From Anaeromyxobacteraceae bacterium (lineage in GTDB: Bacteria; Myxococcota; Myxococcia; Myxococcales; Anaeromyxobacteraceae): a DNA stretch of 37,544 nt. Positions within the stretch are counted from its first letter, which is position 1. Each line of letters opens with the position of its first letter. The notes beneath the pieces were generated by a model. The model was not told the origin of the DNA, searched no databases, and was given only the letters and a program-made list of their open reading frames with translations. Both the position numbers and the translations under genes were made by a program. This document shows, one piece after another, positions 8,663-19,879 of the stretch. The DNA is taken from positions 1 through 37,544 of the forward strand of contig DATIUR010000305.1 in NCBI GenBank assembly GCA_035466675.1, read 5' to 3'.

Positions 8663-9730
8663 ATGCCGGGCCCGGGCGGCGAGCTGGACAGGCGCGAGCG
8701 CGAGGTGCTTCGGGCCCTCGTGCAGGACTACATCCAGTCCGGGGAGCCGGTGGCGAGCCAGCCCCTGCTGGCCCGCCACGATCTCGAGTGCTCCCCGGCC
8801 ACCATCCGATCGGTGATGGCGGACCTCGAGGCGCTCGGGTTCCTCGAGAAGCCCCACGCCTCCTCCGGCCGCGTGCCCACCTCGCGCGGCTTCCGGCTCT
8901 ACGTGGACTCGCTGCTCAAGGTCCGTCCTCCCTCGCCGGGCGACCGCGAGCGGATCGAGAAGCTGGCCCAGGACGCGAGCGACGTCACGAGCCTGCTCGA
9001 CGGGGCGGCGGATCTCCTCCACTCCCTCTCCCACCACGCGGGGGTGGTGACCACCCCGCGGCCGAAGGCCGACCCGGTGCGCCGGCTCGAGTTCGTGCGG
9101 CTCCGCGAGAACCGGGTCCTGGCGGTCTTCGTGTCGGCGGCGGGCATCGTCACGAACAAGCTCCTCCAGCTCGACTTCCGCGTGGAGGCGGCGGAGCTGG
9201 AGCGCGCCGAGACCTACCTGAACGAGAAGATCCGGGCGGGGGGCCAGGACGCCGCCGGGCTCGACGCGCTCCGCGCTCGCATCCTCGAGGACATGCGCGC
9301 CGACCAGAGCGCCCTGCACGACCTCCTCCAGAAGGCGCTCGCGCTGGCCGAGCAGACGCTGGGCGGGCCGCCGGAGGAGGGACGCGTCCTGGCCCACGGC
9401 GAGGAGAGCTTCCTCGACGCCCCCGAGTTCGCCGACGTCCAGAAGGCGCGGGCGCTCCTCCGGGCCTTCGCCGAGAAGGACCGGATCCTGCGGGTGCTCG
9501 ACCGCGTCCTCGCCGCCCAGGAGGTCCAGATCTTCATCGGCGCGGAGAGCGAGTTCGCCTCGGTGCCGGACGTGTCGATGGTGGCGGCCCCCTACGGCCT
9601 GGGCGAGCGCGTGCTCGGGACGCTGGCCGTGGTGGGGCCCACGCGGATGAACTACGCCCGCGTCATCCCGCTCGTGGACCTGACGGCGCGGCAGCTCTCC
9701 CGCGCCCTCCAGTCCCTCTCCGAGGGGTGA
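8663..9730 (+). CDS. hrcA: Heat-inducible transcription repressor HrcA
   Basis: [48 protein letters not shown] and C-terminal [13 protein letters not shown]. Upstream of grpE-dnaK-dnaJ. Confidence 0.96.
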   Translation: MPGPGGELDRREREVLRALVQDYIQSGEPVASQPLLARHDLECSPATIRSVMADLEALGFLEKPHASSGRVPTSRGFRLYVDSLLKVRPPSPGDRERIEKLAQDASDVTSLLDGAADLLHSLSHHAGVVTTPRPKADPVRRLEFVRLRENRVLAVFVSAAGIVTNKLLQLDFRVEAAELERAETYLNEKIRAGGQDAAGLDALRARILEDMRADQSALHDLLQKALALAEQTLGGPPEEGRVLAHGEESFLDAPEFADVQKARALLRAFAEKDRILRVLDRVLAAQEVQIFIGAESEFASVPDVSMVAAPYGLGERVLGTLAVVGPTRMNYARVIPLVDLTARQLSRALQSLSEG

Positions 9731-9834
9731 CGCGGTGGTCCACCGGAACGGGTGCGCCGCGCCGCGTCCCCCCCGCGCCGGAGGGCGTCACCGCGTCCGC
9801 TCGCCTAACCATCCGTGTCCCAAGGTCTTGCGGC

Positions 9835-9864
9835 TTGTTCGCCGCGCGCGCCGTGTGCCACAAT
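9835..9864 (+). promoter_or_regulatory. Putative promoter for grpE-dnaK
   Basis: TTGTTC (9835-9840), 18 nt, TG-n-CACAAT (9859-9864) in the hrcA-grpE gap. Confidence 0.4.
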
Positions 9865-9908
9865 GACCACCCAGCGTGGGGGCCGCCGTACCCGCGCCAC
9901 CCCTCTCC

Positions 9909-10640
9909 ATGGGCGACACCCGCGAAAAGGGCGCCTTCCAGGCTGACATCCCCACGGATGCCATCGAGGACGCGCTCCGCTCCGTCGAGCGAGTCGAGCG
10001 AGCGCCCCCGGAGGCGGGGGAGGAAGGTGCGGCGGTGGCGGACTCCGGCGCACCCGCCGAGGCCGGCGGCGGGCCGGCCGGCGAGGTGGGGAGCCTGCGC
10101 GCCCAGCTGGACCTCTCCATGGAGAAGGGGCGCGAGACGCTGGAGAGGCTGAAGGAGGAGCACGAGCGGCGCCTGCGCGCGGCGGCCGACCTCGAGAACT
10201 ACAAGAAGCGGGCGCAGCGGGAGCGCGAGGAGATCCAGAAGTTCGGCGTGGAGAAGCTCGCCAAGGACATCCTGCCGGCGGTGGACAACCTGGACCGCGC
10301 CATCTCAGCGGCTGCGCCGGACGATCCGCTGGCGGGCGGCGTGAAGCTGGTGCGGGCCAGCCTCGAGCAGGCGCTGGCCCGGCACGGGATCAAGGGCTTC
10401 AGCGCCCTGGGGAAGCAGTTCGATCCGGCCCTGCACGAGGCGCTCCTGCAGGTGCCGAGCGAGGAGCCGGCGGGCACGGTGGTGCTCGAGCACGCCAGGG
10501 GTTTCCTGATCCACGAGCGGCTGCTCCGGCCGGCCATGGTCGGGGTCGCCGTCGCCCCGACGGGCGACGCCGGAGGGGCCGCTCCCGCCGCGGGGGGCCG
10601 CGCGCCGGACGACCAGGGGGGCGGCGGGGTCGCCGGGTAG
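9909..10640 (+). CDS. grpE: Nucleotide exchange factor GrpE
   Basis: [33 protein letters not shown] and [10 protein letters not shown] motifs. ATG at 9909 preferred over GTG at 9876. Confidence 0.95.
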   Translation: MGDTREKGAFQADIPTDAIEDALRSVERVERAPPEAGEEGAAVADSGAPAEAGGGPAGEVGSLRAQLDLSMEKGRETLERLKEEHERRLRAAADLENYKKRAQREREEIQKFGVEKLAKDILPAVDNLDRAISAAAPDDPLAGGVKLVRASLEQALARHGIKGFSALGKQFDPALHEALLQVPSEEPAGTVVLEHARGFLIHERLLRPAMVGVAVAPTGDAGGAAPAAGGRAPDDQGGGGVAG

Positions 10641-10664
10641 GGCGCGCCGGGCGTCGAGGACGAC

Positions 10665-12493
<1,829 letters not shown>

Positions 12494-12494
<1 letters not shown>

Positions 12495-12512
12495 GGCTGC
12501 CGCAGCCCGTTT
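12494..12512 (+). terminator. Weak terminator-like hairpin after dnaK
   Basis: GGGCTG-CCG-CAGCCC followed by GTTT. Short stem and short U-tract. Confidence 0.3.
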
Positions 12513-12538
12513 GTCAGGCCCTTCGCGTGCGTTATATT
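12511..12538 (+). promoter_or_regulatory. Putative internal sigma70 promoter for dnaJ and downstream genes
   Basis: TTGTCA (12511-12516), 16 nt, TATATT (12533-12538); a conspicuous AT-rich patch in GC-rich DNA. Confidence 0.55.
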
Positions 12539-12581
12539 GCCCGCGGCCAGCCCGGTGGGCCACGACAAGGGCTCGTAACCA

Positions 12582-13706
12582 TTGGCAAAACGAGATTACT
12601 ACGAGGTGCTCGGCGTCGGCCGTGACGCGGACGACCAGAAGCTGAAGAGCGCCTACCGCAGGCTCGCCCACCAGTACCACCCCGACAAGAACCCGGGGAA
12701 CCGGGAGGCCGAGGAGCGGTTCAAGGAGGTCTCCGAGGCCTACGGCGTCCTCTCCGATCCCGAGAAGCGCGCCCGCTACGACCGGTTCGGCCACGCGAAC
12801 GGCGGGAGCCCGTTCGAGGAGGCCTTCGGGTTCGGCGGCGCCGCCAGCATCAACGACATCTTCGGCGACATCTTCGGCGAGATGTTCGGTGGCGGGCGGC
12901 GGCAGCGGGCCCGCACCCGCGGGTCGGATCTCCGCTACCACCTCGAGGTCTCGTTCCAGGAGGCGGCCTTCGGGACCACCGCCCGGATCCAGGTCCCGCG
13001 CCCCAGGGCCTGCGAGACCTGCCGCGGCTCCGGGGCCAAGCCCGGCACCGGCCCGCGCGCCTGCCCGACCTGCGGCGGCACCGGCGAGATCCGCCTGACG
13101 CAGGGGTTCTTCTCGATCGCGCGCACCTGCCACCACTGCGGCGGCGCGGGCCGCGTGATCGCGGAGAAGTGCCCGGCCTGCGGCGGCGCGGGCATGGGGC
13201 GGGAGGAGGTCACCCTGGAGGTGCCCATCCCGCCCGGCGTGGACACCGGCACGCGCATCCGCAGCGCCGGAAACGGCGAGCCCCCGCCGGTTCCGGGCGG
13301 CTCCCCGGGCGACCTGTACGTGGTCGTCCAGGTGAAGCCCCACCCGGTCTTCTCGCGCGAGGGGACCGAGGTGACCTGCGAGATGCCCATCTCGTTCGTG
13401 CAGGCCGCGCTCGGCGCCACCATCGACGTCCCCACCCTGGACGGGCCCTCCAAGATGAAGATCCCGGCCGGGTCCCAGACCGGCAAGGTGTTCCGGCTGA
13501 AGGGGAAGGGCATCCCGGTCCTGCAGGGCTCCGGACGCGGCGATCAGCACGTCCGGATCGTGGTGGAGACGCCGACCCACCTCACGCGCGAGCAGAAGGA
13601 GCTGCTCGAGCGCTTCGCCGCCCTCTCCGGCGAGGAGACCCACCCCCGGGCCCGGAGCTTCTGGGAGAAGGTCGGCGACCTTTTCACTGGCCCCGGCAAG
13701 CTGTAG
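12582..13706 (+). CDS. dnaJ: Molecular chaperone DnaJ
   Basis: TTG start. J-domain with HPD, G/F-rich region, four CxxCxGxG zinc-finger repeats and C-terminal domain. Confidence 0.97.
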   Translation: MAKRDYYEVLGVGRDADDQKLKSAYRRLAHQYHPDKNPGNREAEERFKEVSEAYGVLSDPEKRARYDRFGHANGGSPFEEAFGFGGAASINDIFGDIFGEMFGGGRRQRARTRGSDLRYHLEVSFQEAAFGTTARIQVPRPRACETCRGSGAKPGTGPRACPTCGGTGEIRLTQGFFSIARTCHHCGGAGRVIAEKCPACGGAGMGREEVTLEVPIPPGVDTGTRIRSAGNGEPPPVPGGSPGDLYVVVQVKPHPVFSREGTEVTCEMPISFVQAALGATIDVPTLDGPSKMKIPAGSQTGKVFRLKGKGIPVLQGSGRGDQHVRIVVETPTHLTREQKELLERFAALSGEETHPRARSFWEKVGDLFTGPGKL

Positions 13707-13715
13707 ATCCGGGGC

Positions 13716-15794
13716 ATGCCCAGGTTCGGCCTGCGCCTCCTCGCGCTGCTCGTCCTCTCCCTCGCCGGCTGCCCGAAGCGCGTCGTCGTCAACGGGCAGG
13801 AGATGCCCGCCTCCGCGGCCGACGATCTCGCCCGGGCCGAGTTCGAGGCGGTCCGCGCCCAGGCGGCCGGCCTGCCGCCGGCCGAGGCCGCCCAGCGGCT
13901 CGAGGCGGTCGCCTCGCGCTACCGCGGCGTGGAGACGGCCGCCGACGCGCTCTTCGACGCGGCGGCCAAGTGGCGCGAGGCCGGGCAGCCGGACCGCGCC
14001 GCCGCCGCGCTCCGCCGGCTGGTCCTCGAGCACCCCCTCTACCGCCGGGCCACCGAGGCCAAGTACCGGCTGGCCCTGGCCGACGTGGCGGCCGGCCGCC
14101 CGGCCGACGGTCTCTCCACCCTCTCCTCGCTGTGGCCCCGGCTCCCCGCCGGGGAGCAGCCGCAGGCCGCCCGCGCCGCGGCCGAGGCCGCCATGGCCGC
14201 CCGCGCCTGGCCCGACGCGGTCCGCTGGCTGTCGCTCGCCACCGCCCTCTCGCAGGGGGCGGAGCGGCAGGCGGCGCGCGCGCGCCTGGCCGAGGTGGTG
14301 GACGGGTGGCTCTCCTTCCTGGAGGTGGCCCGCCTCCGGGAGGAGCTGCCGGCCGACGCCCCCGCCCAGGAAGTGCTCACCATGAAGCTGGCGCGCATCC
14401 AGCTCCACCTGCGCGACCACGCCCAGGCCGCGGAGCTGGCGCGCGAGGTCTTCCTCCGCTGGCCGGACGGCCCCTACGCCGACGACGCCAAGGCCATCGT
14501 GGAGCGCATCGGCCGGCTCACCTTCGTCCGCCCGAACGTGATCGGGGTGGCGATCCCGCTCTCCGGCACCTTCCGGCGCTGGGGCGAGGCCATCCTGCAG
14601 GGGATCGGGATCGCGCTGGGCGAGGGCTCCGGGCTCCGCCTGGCCGTCCGCGACACCCGCGGCGAGGCGGACGGGGCCGTGGCCGCGGTCGAGTCCCTGG
14701 CGCTCGAGGAGGGCGCCATCGTCATCCTCGGGGGCGTGACCAACGCCGAGGCGGAGCGGGCGGCCGCCACCGCGGAGGAGCTCCAGGTGCCCTTCCTCTC
14801 GCTCTCCAAGCAGGAGGGCGTCACCGCCGCGGGCCCCCACGTCTTCCAGAACATGCTCACCGCCTCCGCGCAGGCGCGGGCCCTGGCCGAGTACGCCATG
14901 GCCCGGAACGGCATGAAGCGGTTCGGGATCCTCTTCCCGGACGTGCCCTACGGCGTCGAGCTGGCCAACGCGTTCTGGGACGAGGTGGAGGCGCGCGGCG
15001 GCGAGGTCCGGGCTGCCGAGACCTACGCCATCGACCGCACCACCTTCACGCCGCTGGTGAAGAGCATGGTGGGGAAGCTCGAGCTCGAGGAGCGGGCCGA
15101 CTACCGGGCCGAGGTCGAGGCCATCTCCCGCCGGGAGGGGGATCCATACCGGCGGCGAAAGGCGCTCGAGCGCGCGCGGGACCGGCTCCCGCCGGTGGTG
15201 GACTTCGAGGCGGTCTTCATCCCCGACTTCGCCAAGAACGTGAAGCTCATCGCGCCGGCCCTGGCCGTCGAGGACGTGGTGACCGCCACCTGCGATCCGG
15301 AGGAGGTGGCCCGGATCGCGAAGACCACCGGCCGCCCGGACCTCCGGCCGGTCCAGCTGCTCGGGTCGAACGGCTGGGGAGGGGACCCCACCCTCTACGA
15401 CATCTCGACGGGGGCGCCGGGGCGCCACCTCAAGTGCGCCGTCTTCGTGGACGGTTTCTACGCCGGGTCGCGCCGCCCCGAGACGCGCCGCTTCGTCGAG
15501 GCGTTCGGCCGCAAGTACGGGGGCGCCGTGCCCGGGATCCTGGAGGCGAGCGCCCACGACGCGGCCGGCATGGCGCGCCTGGTGATCGAGCAGGGACGGG
15601 CCCAGGGGCGACCCCAGGCGCGGGACGGGCTGGCCGCGCTGCGCGGCTTTCGGGGGGCCACCGGCGACATCACCATGCGGCCGGACCGGACCCCGGAGAA
15701 GCCCCTCTTCTTCCTGGCCATCGGTCCGGACGGGCTCAGGGAGCTCGAGCCCGCAGAGGTGGCGCCGCCGGGGGCGGGCGGCGACGCGCCGTAG
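13716..15794 (+). CDS. LpoA/LppC-like lipoprotein (TPR-like N-terminal half plus periplasmic-binding-protein fold); putative penicillin-binding protein activator
   Basis: Lipobox LAGC. Helical repeats, then a type-I PBP fold beginning IGVAIPLSG...WGEAILQGI...VRDT, with FEAVFIPD, VQLLGSNGW and FRGATGDITM. Confidence 0.75.
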   Translation: MPRFGLRLLALLVLSLAGCPKRVVVNGQEMPASAADDLARAEFEAVRAQAAGLPPAEAAQRLEAVASRYRGVETAADALFDAAAKWREAGQPDRAAAALRRLVLEHPLYRRATEAKYRLALADVAAGRPADGLSTLSSLWPRLPAGEQPQAARAAAEAAMAARAWPDAVRWLSLATALSQGAERQAARARLAEVVDGWLSFLEVARLREELPADAPAQEVLTMKLARIQLHLRDHAQAAELAREVFLRWPDGPYADDAKAIVERIGRLTFVRPNVIGVAIPLSGTFRRWGEAILQGIGIALGEGSGLRLAVRDTRGEADGAVAAVESLALEEGAIVILGGVTNAEAERAAATAEELQVPFLSLSKQEGVTAAGPHVFQNMLTASAQARALAEYAMARNGMKRFGILFPDVPYGVELANAFWDEVEARGGEVRAAETYAIDRTTFTPLVKSMVGKLELEERADYRAEVEAISRREGDPYRRRKALERARDRLPPVVDFEAVFIPDFAKNVKLIAPALAVEDVVTATCDPEEVARIAKTTGRPDLRPVQLLGSNGWGGDPTLYDISTGAPGRHLKCAVFVDGFYAGSRRPETRRFVEAFGRKYGGAVPGILEASAHDAAGMARLVIEQGRAQGRPQARDGLAALRGFRGATGDITMRPDRTPEKPLFFLAIGPDGLRELEPAEVAPPGAGGDAP

Positions 15795-15800
15795 CGGGCC

Positions 15801-16271
15801 ATGTCCATCATGAACGGCCGGCCTCCGGGCTCCAGCCTTCAGGCTCCGGGAGAAGGAGCCGAGGCGCTTCCGTCGGGGCCCGAAGCCCGAGGCCCGGAGC
15901 CCGAGCAGCCTGACGGACCGGCGCCGGCGGCCGAGGAGGACGCGGCCTGGGCCGAGGTGGCCTCGCGCTGGGAGGACGAGGAGGCGCATCGCGCCTACCT
16001 GGCGCGCTTCTCCGATCTGGACGGCCTGGCCGAGGCCGGGAGGCGCTACCGCTCCGCGCTCGAGTCCCGGCCCGGCGATCCGGTGGCGACGCGCTGGCGC
16101 GAGGAGGTCCTGAAGCGCGCCACGGCCCGGGCGCTCGCTTCCATGCCGCGGGGCTCCTCCACGCACCCCCGCGCCCGCTGGGTGCGGTATGCCGGCGTCG
16201 TCGTGGCCGGCGTGCTCCTGGGCGCGGCCGCCTGGCTGGCCCTGTCGCTCCTGCGGGTGGTGTCGCGATGA
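15801..16271 (+). CDS. Hypothetical protein with a single C-terminal transmembrane helix
   Basis: Fills the gap between neighbours and has an ATGA overlap with the helicase. Helical core AWAEVASRWEDEEAHRAYLARF...AGRRYR, C-terminal hydrophobic stretch. Start uncertain. Confidence 0.65.
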   Translation: MSIMNGRPPGSSLQAPGEGAEALPSGPEARGPEPEQPDGPAPAAEEDAAWAEVASRWEDEEAHRAYLARFSDLDGLAEAGRRYRSALESRPGDPVATRWREEVLKRATARALASMPRGSSTHPRARWVRYAGVVVAGVLLGAAAWLALSLLRVVSR

Positions 16272-18280
16272 GGGTGGAGGGCCAAGGCGGCGAGGCGCCC
16301 GCCGTCGAGGAGATCCTGGGGCCCGGGGGCCGCCTCTCCCGCGCCCTGGCCGGCTACGAGCCCCGCGACGACCAGCTGGCCATGGCCCGTGCCGTGGAGC
16401 GCGCCATCGACCGGCACCGCTACCTGGTCGCCGAGGCGGGCACCGGCACCGGCAAGACGCTCGCCTACCTCGTGCCGGCGGCGCTCTCCGGCCGCCGGGT
16501 GCTGGTCTCCACCGCCACCAAGACGCTGCAGGAGCAGATCTGGTGGAAGGACCTGCCGCTCCTGCGCGAGCGGTGCGGGCTCTCCTTCGAGGCCGCCTAC
16601 CTCAAGGGCCGGTCCAACTACTACTGCCTGGTCCGCGGCGCCGAGTTCGACCGCGCCCCCACCTTCGAGCGGCGGGAGGAGGCGGCCCGGTGGCCCGCCA
16701 TCCAGGCCTGGGTGCGCGAGACGCGCTCGGGCGACCGGGCCGAGCTGGACCTGCCCGACCAGTTCCTGGCCTGGCGGGACCTCTCCGCCACCAGCGAGTC
16801 GTGCCTGGGGCGCGAGTGCGAGCGGTACGAGGAGTGCTTCGTCACCCGGGCGCGCGCGCAGGCGGCCGAGGCCGAGGTGCTCCTCGTGAACCACCACCTG
16901 TTCTTCGCCGACCTGGCCATCCGCACCGGCCGGGCCGGCGTGGAGATCCTGCCGGAGCGCGACGTGGTGATCTTCGACGAGGCGCAGGCCATCGAGGACG
17001 TGGCCACCGAGTACTTCGGCCTCTCGGTCTCCTCGTACCGCGTCGAGGAGCTGGCCCGCGACGCGCAGCGCGCGGTGTCCGACCGGCCCGACCTCGCCTC
17101 CCTGATGAAGCAGGCGACCCAGGAGCTGCGGCGCGCCGGGGAGAGATTCTTCGGCGCGCTGGCGGACGGGCTGCGATCGGCGGATTCCGGGCGCCCCGCC
17201 CGTCTGCGCCACGACCGGCGCCGCCGCGGGGAGGAGGAGGCGGTGCGGGCCCCCCTCGGCGACGAGATCATCGGCCCGGCGGCCCGCGAGCGGGAGCGGC
17301 TCGACCAGGCGCTGGCCTCGCTGCGCGACACCCTGGCCGACGCCGACTCGCCGTCGCTCGCCCAGGTGGCGAGGCGGGCCGGCGAGCTCTCCGTCGAGCT
17401 CGCCGCGGTGACGGCCACCCGGGAGCCCTCCCGCGTCTACTTCGGCGAGGTGCGCGGGCGGGGCGTCTTCCTGCGGGCCGCGCCCATCGACGTGGCCGAG
17501 GAGCTGGTGGAGCGGCTCTACCGGCGGACCGACACCGCCATCTTCACCAGCGCCACGCTGGCGGTCCAGGGGCGCTTCGACTACTTCCGCCGGCAGGTGG
17601 GGCTCTTGCCGGAGTTCGACGTGGAGGAGGCGCGCTTCCCCGGCCCGTTCGACTTCGAGCGCCAGGCGGCGCTGGTGGCGCTGGACGGGCTCCCCGAGCC
17701 GAACGCCCCGGGCTTCGTCCCGGCCGCCGCCCGGGCGGTCCGCGAGCTCACCGCCGTCACCGGGGGGCGGGCCTTCGTGCTCTGCACCTCCACGCGCAAC
17801 ATGGTGGCCCTCCACGACGCCTGCCGGGACCTGCCCTGGCGGGTCCTCCTGCAGGGCGAGCGCCCCAAGCACCGGCTCCTGGAGGCGTTCCGGGAGGAGC
17901 CGTCGGTCCTCTTCGCCACCCAGACCTTCTGGGAGGGGGTGGACGTGCCCGGCCCGGCCCTCTCGCTGGTGGTGATCGACCGGCTGCCCTTCGCGCCGCC
18001 GGGCGACCCGGTGGTGGCGGCGAGGCTCCGCGCCCTCGAGTCCCAGGGGCGCGACGGGTTCGCCGAGCTGCAGGTGCCCTCCGCCGCGCTCGCCCTGCGG
18101 CAGGGTTTCGGGCGGCTGGTGCGGACGCGCGGCGACCGGGGGCTGGTGGCGGTCCTCGACCGGCGCCTGGTGACGAAGGGGTACGGGCGGACCTTCCTGG
18201 CGACCCTGCCGAGCTGCCCGCTGCTCAGGAGCGTGGAGGCGGCGCGCGCGTGGTGGGCGGCGGGGGCGCCGCCGGGCTGA
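16268..18280 (+). CDS. ATP-dependent DNA helicase, DinG/YoaA family (Fe-S)
   Basis: Q motif (YEPRDDQ), EAGTGTGKT, LKGRSNYYC plus three more Fe-S cysteines (SC...EC...EC), VNHHL, DEAQ, TSATL, FWEGVDVPG and QGFGRLVR. Confidence 0.93.
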   Translation: MRVEGQGGEAPAVEEILGPGGRLSRALAGYEPRDDQLAMARAVERAIDRHRYLVAEAGTGTGKTLAYLVPAALSGRRVLVSTATKTLQEQIWWKDLPLLRERCGLSFEAAYLKGRSNYYCLVRGAEFDRAPTFERREEAARWPAIQAWVRETRSGDRAELDLPDQFLAWRDLSATSESCLGRECERYEECFVTRARAQAAEAEVLLVNHHLFFADLAIRTGRAGVEILPERDVVIFDEAQAIEDVATEYFGLSVSSYRVEELARDAQRAVSDRPDLASLMKQATQELRRAGERFFGALADGLRSADSGRPARLRHDRRRRGEEEAVRAPLGDEIIGPAARERERLDQALASLRDTLADADSPSLAQVARRAGELSVELAAVTATREPSRVYFGEVRGRGVFLRAAPIDVAEELVERLYRRTDTAIFTSATLAVQGRFDYFRRQVGLLPEFDVEEARFPGPFDFERQAALVALDGLPEPNAPGFVPAAARAVRELTAVTGGRAFVLCTSTRNMVALHDACRDLPWRVLLQGERPKHRLLEAFREEPSVLFATQTFWEGVDVPGPALSLVVIDRLPFAPPGDPVVAARLRALESQGRDGFAELQVPSAALALRQGFGRLVRTRGDRGLVAVLDRRLVTKGYGRTFLATLPSCPLLRSVEAARAWWAAGAPPG

Positions 18281-19708
18281 TCACGGCCGACCGACGCCGC
18301 GCAGCGAGGCCGGAAGCGGCGTCGCCGCAGCCGTGTCGGCGTCCACCGCCGGGATCCGGACCGTGATGGAGGTGCCGGCCCCGACCTCGCTCGCCACGTC
18401 GATGGAGCCCCCGTGGGCGAGGACGATCTGGCGGGCCAGGGAGAGCCCCAGGCCGGTCCCCGCGCTGCGCGGCTTGGTGGTGAAGAACGGCTCGAAGAGC
18501 CGCTTCATGTGAGCCGGGGCGATCCCGCGCCCGGTGTCGGACACCCGGATCACCGCGCTCGAGCCCTCCCGGAAGAGCTCGATGGACACCTGGTTGGGCC
18601 GCCCCTCCTCGCCCGCCTGGACGGCGTTCAGCACCAGGTTCAGGACCACGTCCACGAGCTCGCCGCGGTGCCCGAGGACCCATACCGGGCCGCGCACGTC
18701 GATGCGGGCCGCCGGGCCCAGATCGGACCGGGCGGCGCGGACGACCGTCTGCACGACGTCGCCCAGGTCGACCGCCGCCGCGGGCTCGTCGGTGGGATCG
18801 CGGCGGGCGAGCGATCGGAGGTTCGTCACGATCTGCCGGATCCGGTCGACGCCGGCCAGGCTCTCGGCGAGCGCCGCAGGCGCCTCGCGCCTCGCCAGCC
18901 GGAGCTCGGGACGCCCCAGCACCGCGCTCGCCCGCTCCGCCTTCGGGCCTTCCGCCGCCGACTCCAGGTCCGCGAGCGCCTCCTCGTAGGCGGCCAGGTA
19001 TCGCCGCAGCTCGGTGACGTTCGAGGTCACGAACGTGGTCGGGTTGTTGATCTCGTGCGCCACGCCGGAGGCCAGCACGCCCACCGCCGCCAGCTTGTCC
19101 GCCTGCACCAGGCGGGCGTGGAGGCGCCGCTGCTCGCCCACGTCCCGGGCGACGCGCACCACGCGGTCGCCGAGCCGGCTGCTCGTCACCTCGAAGAGGG
19201 TGTCGAAGACCGGGTCCTGGATCTCCACGATCCCGTCGGGAGCCGGCGACCACCAGCGCTCCGGGTGCCCGGCCAGCACCTCGGCGAGAGGCCGGCCGGC
19301 CAGCTCGTGGGCCCGCACGCCCAGGAGCCGGGCGAAGGCGCGGTTCACGCGCACGATCCGGCCCTCGCGGTCGGTGACGAACGCGGACTCGCGGATCGCG
19401 TCGAAGGCGGCCGACCACTCGAGCCGGGCCGACTCGAGGGCGCGGCCGGCCTCCGCCCGCGCCCGGGCGGCGGCGTCCCGGACGCGACCCAGGCGAAAGG
19501 CCAGCGCGAACACCGCCACCAGGAGCGCGGCGTCGAGGACCCAGCGCGCGGCGGTCCACGAAGAGCCCCGGCCGGCGAGGACGTCCAGCGCCACCGCCGC
19601 CACGGCCAGGGCCGCCGGCGCCGCCCAGCGCGAGAGGACGAGCCCGCGGAGGGGCCGGAGGCCGTCGGCGGCGGGCGCATCGGTCGCGCGTGCGGCGGGC
19701 CGGTCCAT
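18281..19708 (-). CDS. Membrane-bound PAS-domain sensor histidine kinase
   Basis: Two N-terminal hydrophobic helices, PAS (VTDREGRIVRVNRAF), H-box VAHEINNP, N-box NLVLNAVQA, DTGRGI, FEPFFTTK and GTGLGL. Confidence 0.9.
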   Translation of the reverse strand: MDRPAARATDAPAADGLRPLRGLVLSRWAAPAALAVAAVALDVLAGRGSSWTAARWVLDAALLVAVFALAFRLGRVRDAAARARAEAGRALESARLEWSAAFDAIRESAFVTDREGRIVRVNRAFARLLGVRAHELAGRPLAEVLAGHPERWWSPAPDGIVEIQDPVFDTLFEVTSSRLGDRVVRVARDVGEQRRLHARLVQADKLAAVGVLASGVAHEINNPTTFVTSNVTELRRYLAAYEEALADLESAAEGPKAERASAVLGRPELRLARREAPAALAESLAGVDRIRQIVTNLRSLARRDPTDEPAAAVDLGDVVQTVVRAARSDLGPAARIDVRGPVWVLGHRGELVDVVLNLVLNAVQAGEEGRPNQVSIELFREGSSAVIRVSDTGRGIAPAHMKRLFEPFFTTKPRSAGTGLGLSLARQIVLAHGGSIDVASEVGAGTSITVRIPAVDADTAAATPLPASLRGVGRP

Positions 19709-19731
19709 GGATGGGCGCGTGCGGGGGAGCC

Positions 19732-19760
19732 AGGATACGCGAAAACCCGGCTCCCACCAA
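19732..19760 (-). promoter_or_regulatory. Putative promoter for the PAS kinase, overlapping an inverted repeat
   Basis: TTGGTG (19760-19755), 17 nt, TATCCT (19737-19732), about 24 nt before the ATG at 19708. Confidence 0.45.
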
Positions 19761-19879
19761 CGCGCCCGCCCGACCGGCCGCCGGGGTGCGAAACGGTGGG
19801 ACCGGAGGCGAGAGCGCGCCGGACGGGGGATCGGTTAGAGTGAGGAGCGCGGGCGGGAGCCGACGCGGGACAGAGGCAA

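Noticed and set aside
7768-8664. Apparent ~300-aa N-terminal extension of Mfd
   Set aside because: It is antisense to the TPR lipoprotein and crosses the divergent promoter region. A TAGGAT -10-like box (7793-7788) and Mfd homology both point to ATG 7767.
3590-9397. 1935-aa minus-strand ORF
   Set aside because: Low-complexity Arg/Pro/Gly/Ala shadow frame over mfd, the TPR gene and hrcA. Only the last 132 codons (from ATG 3988) look like a real gene.
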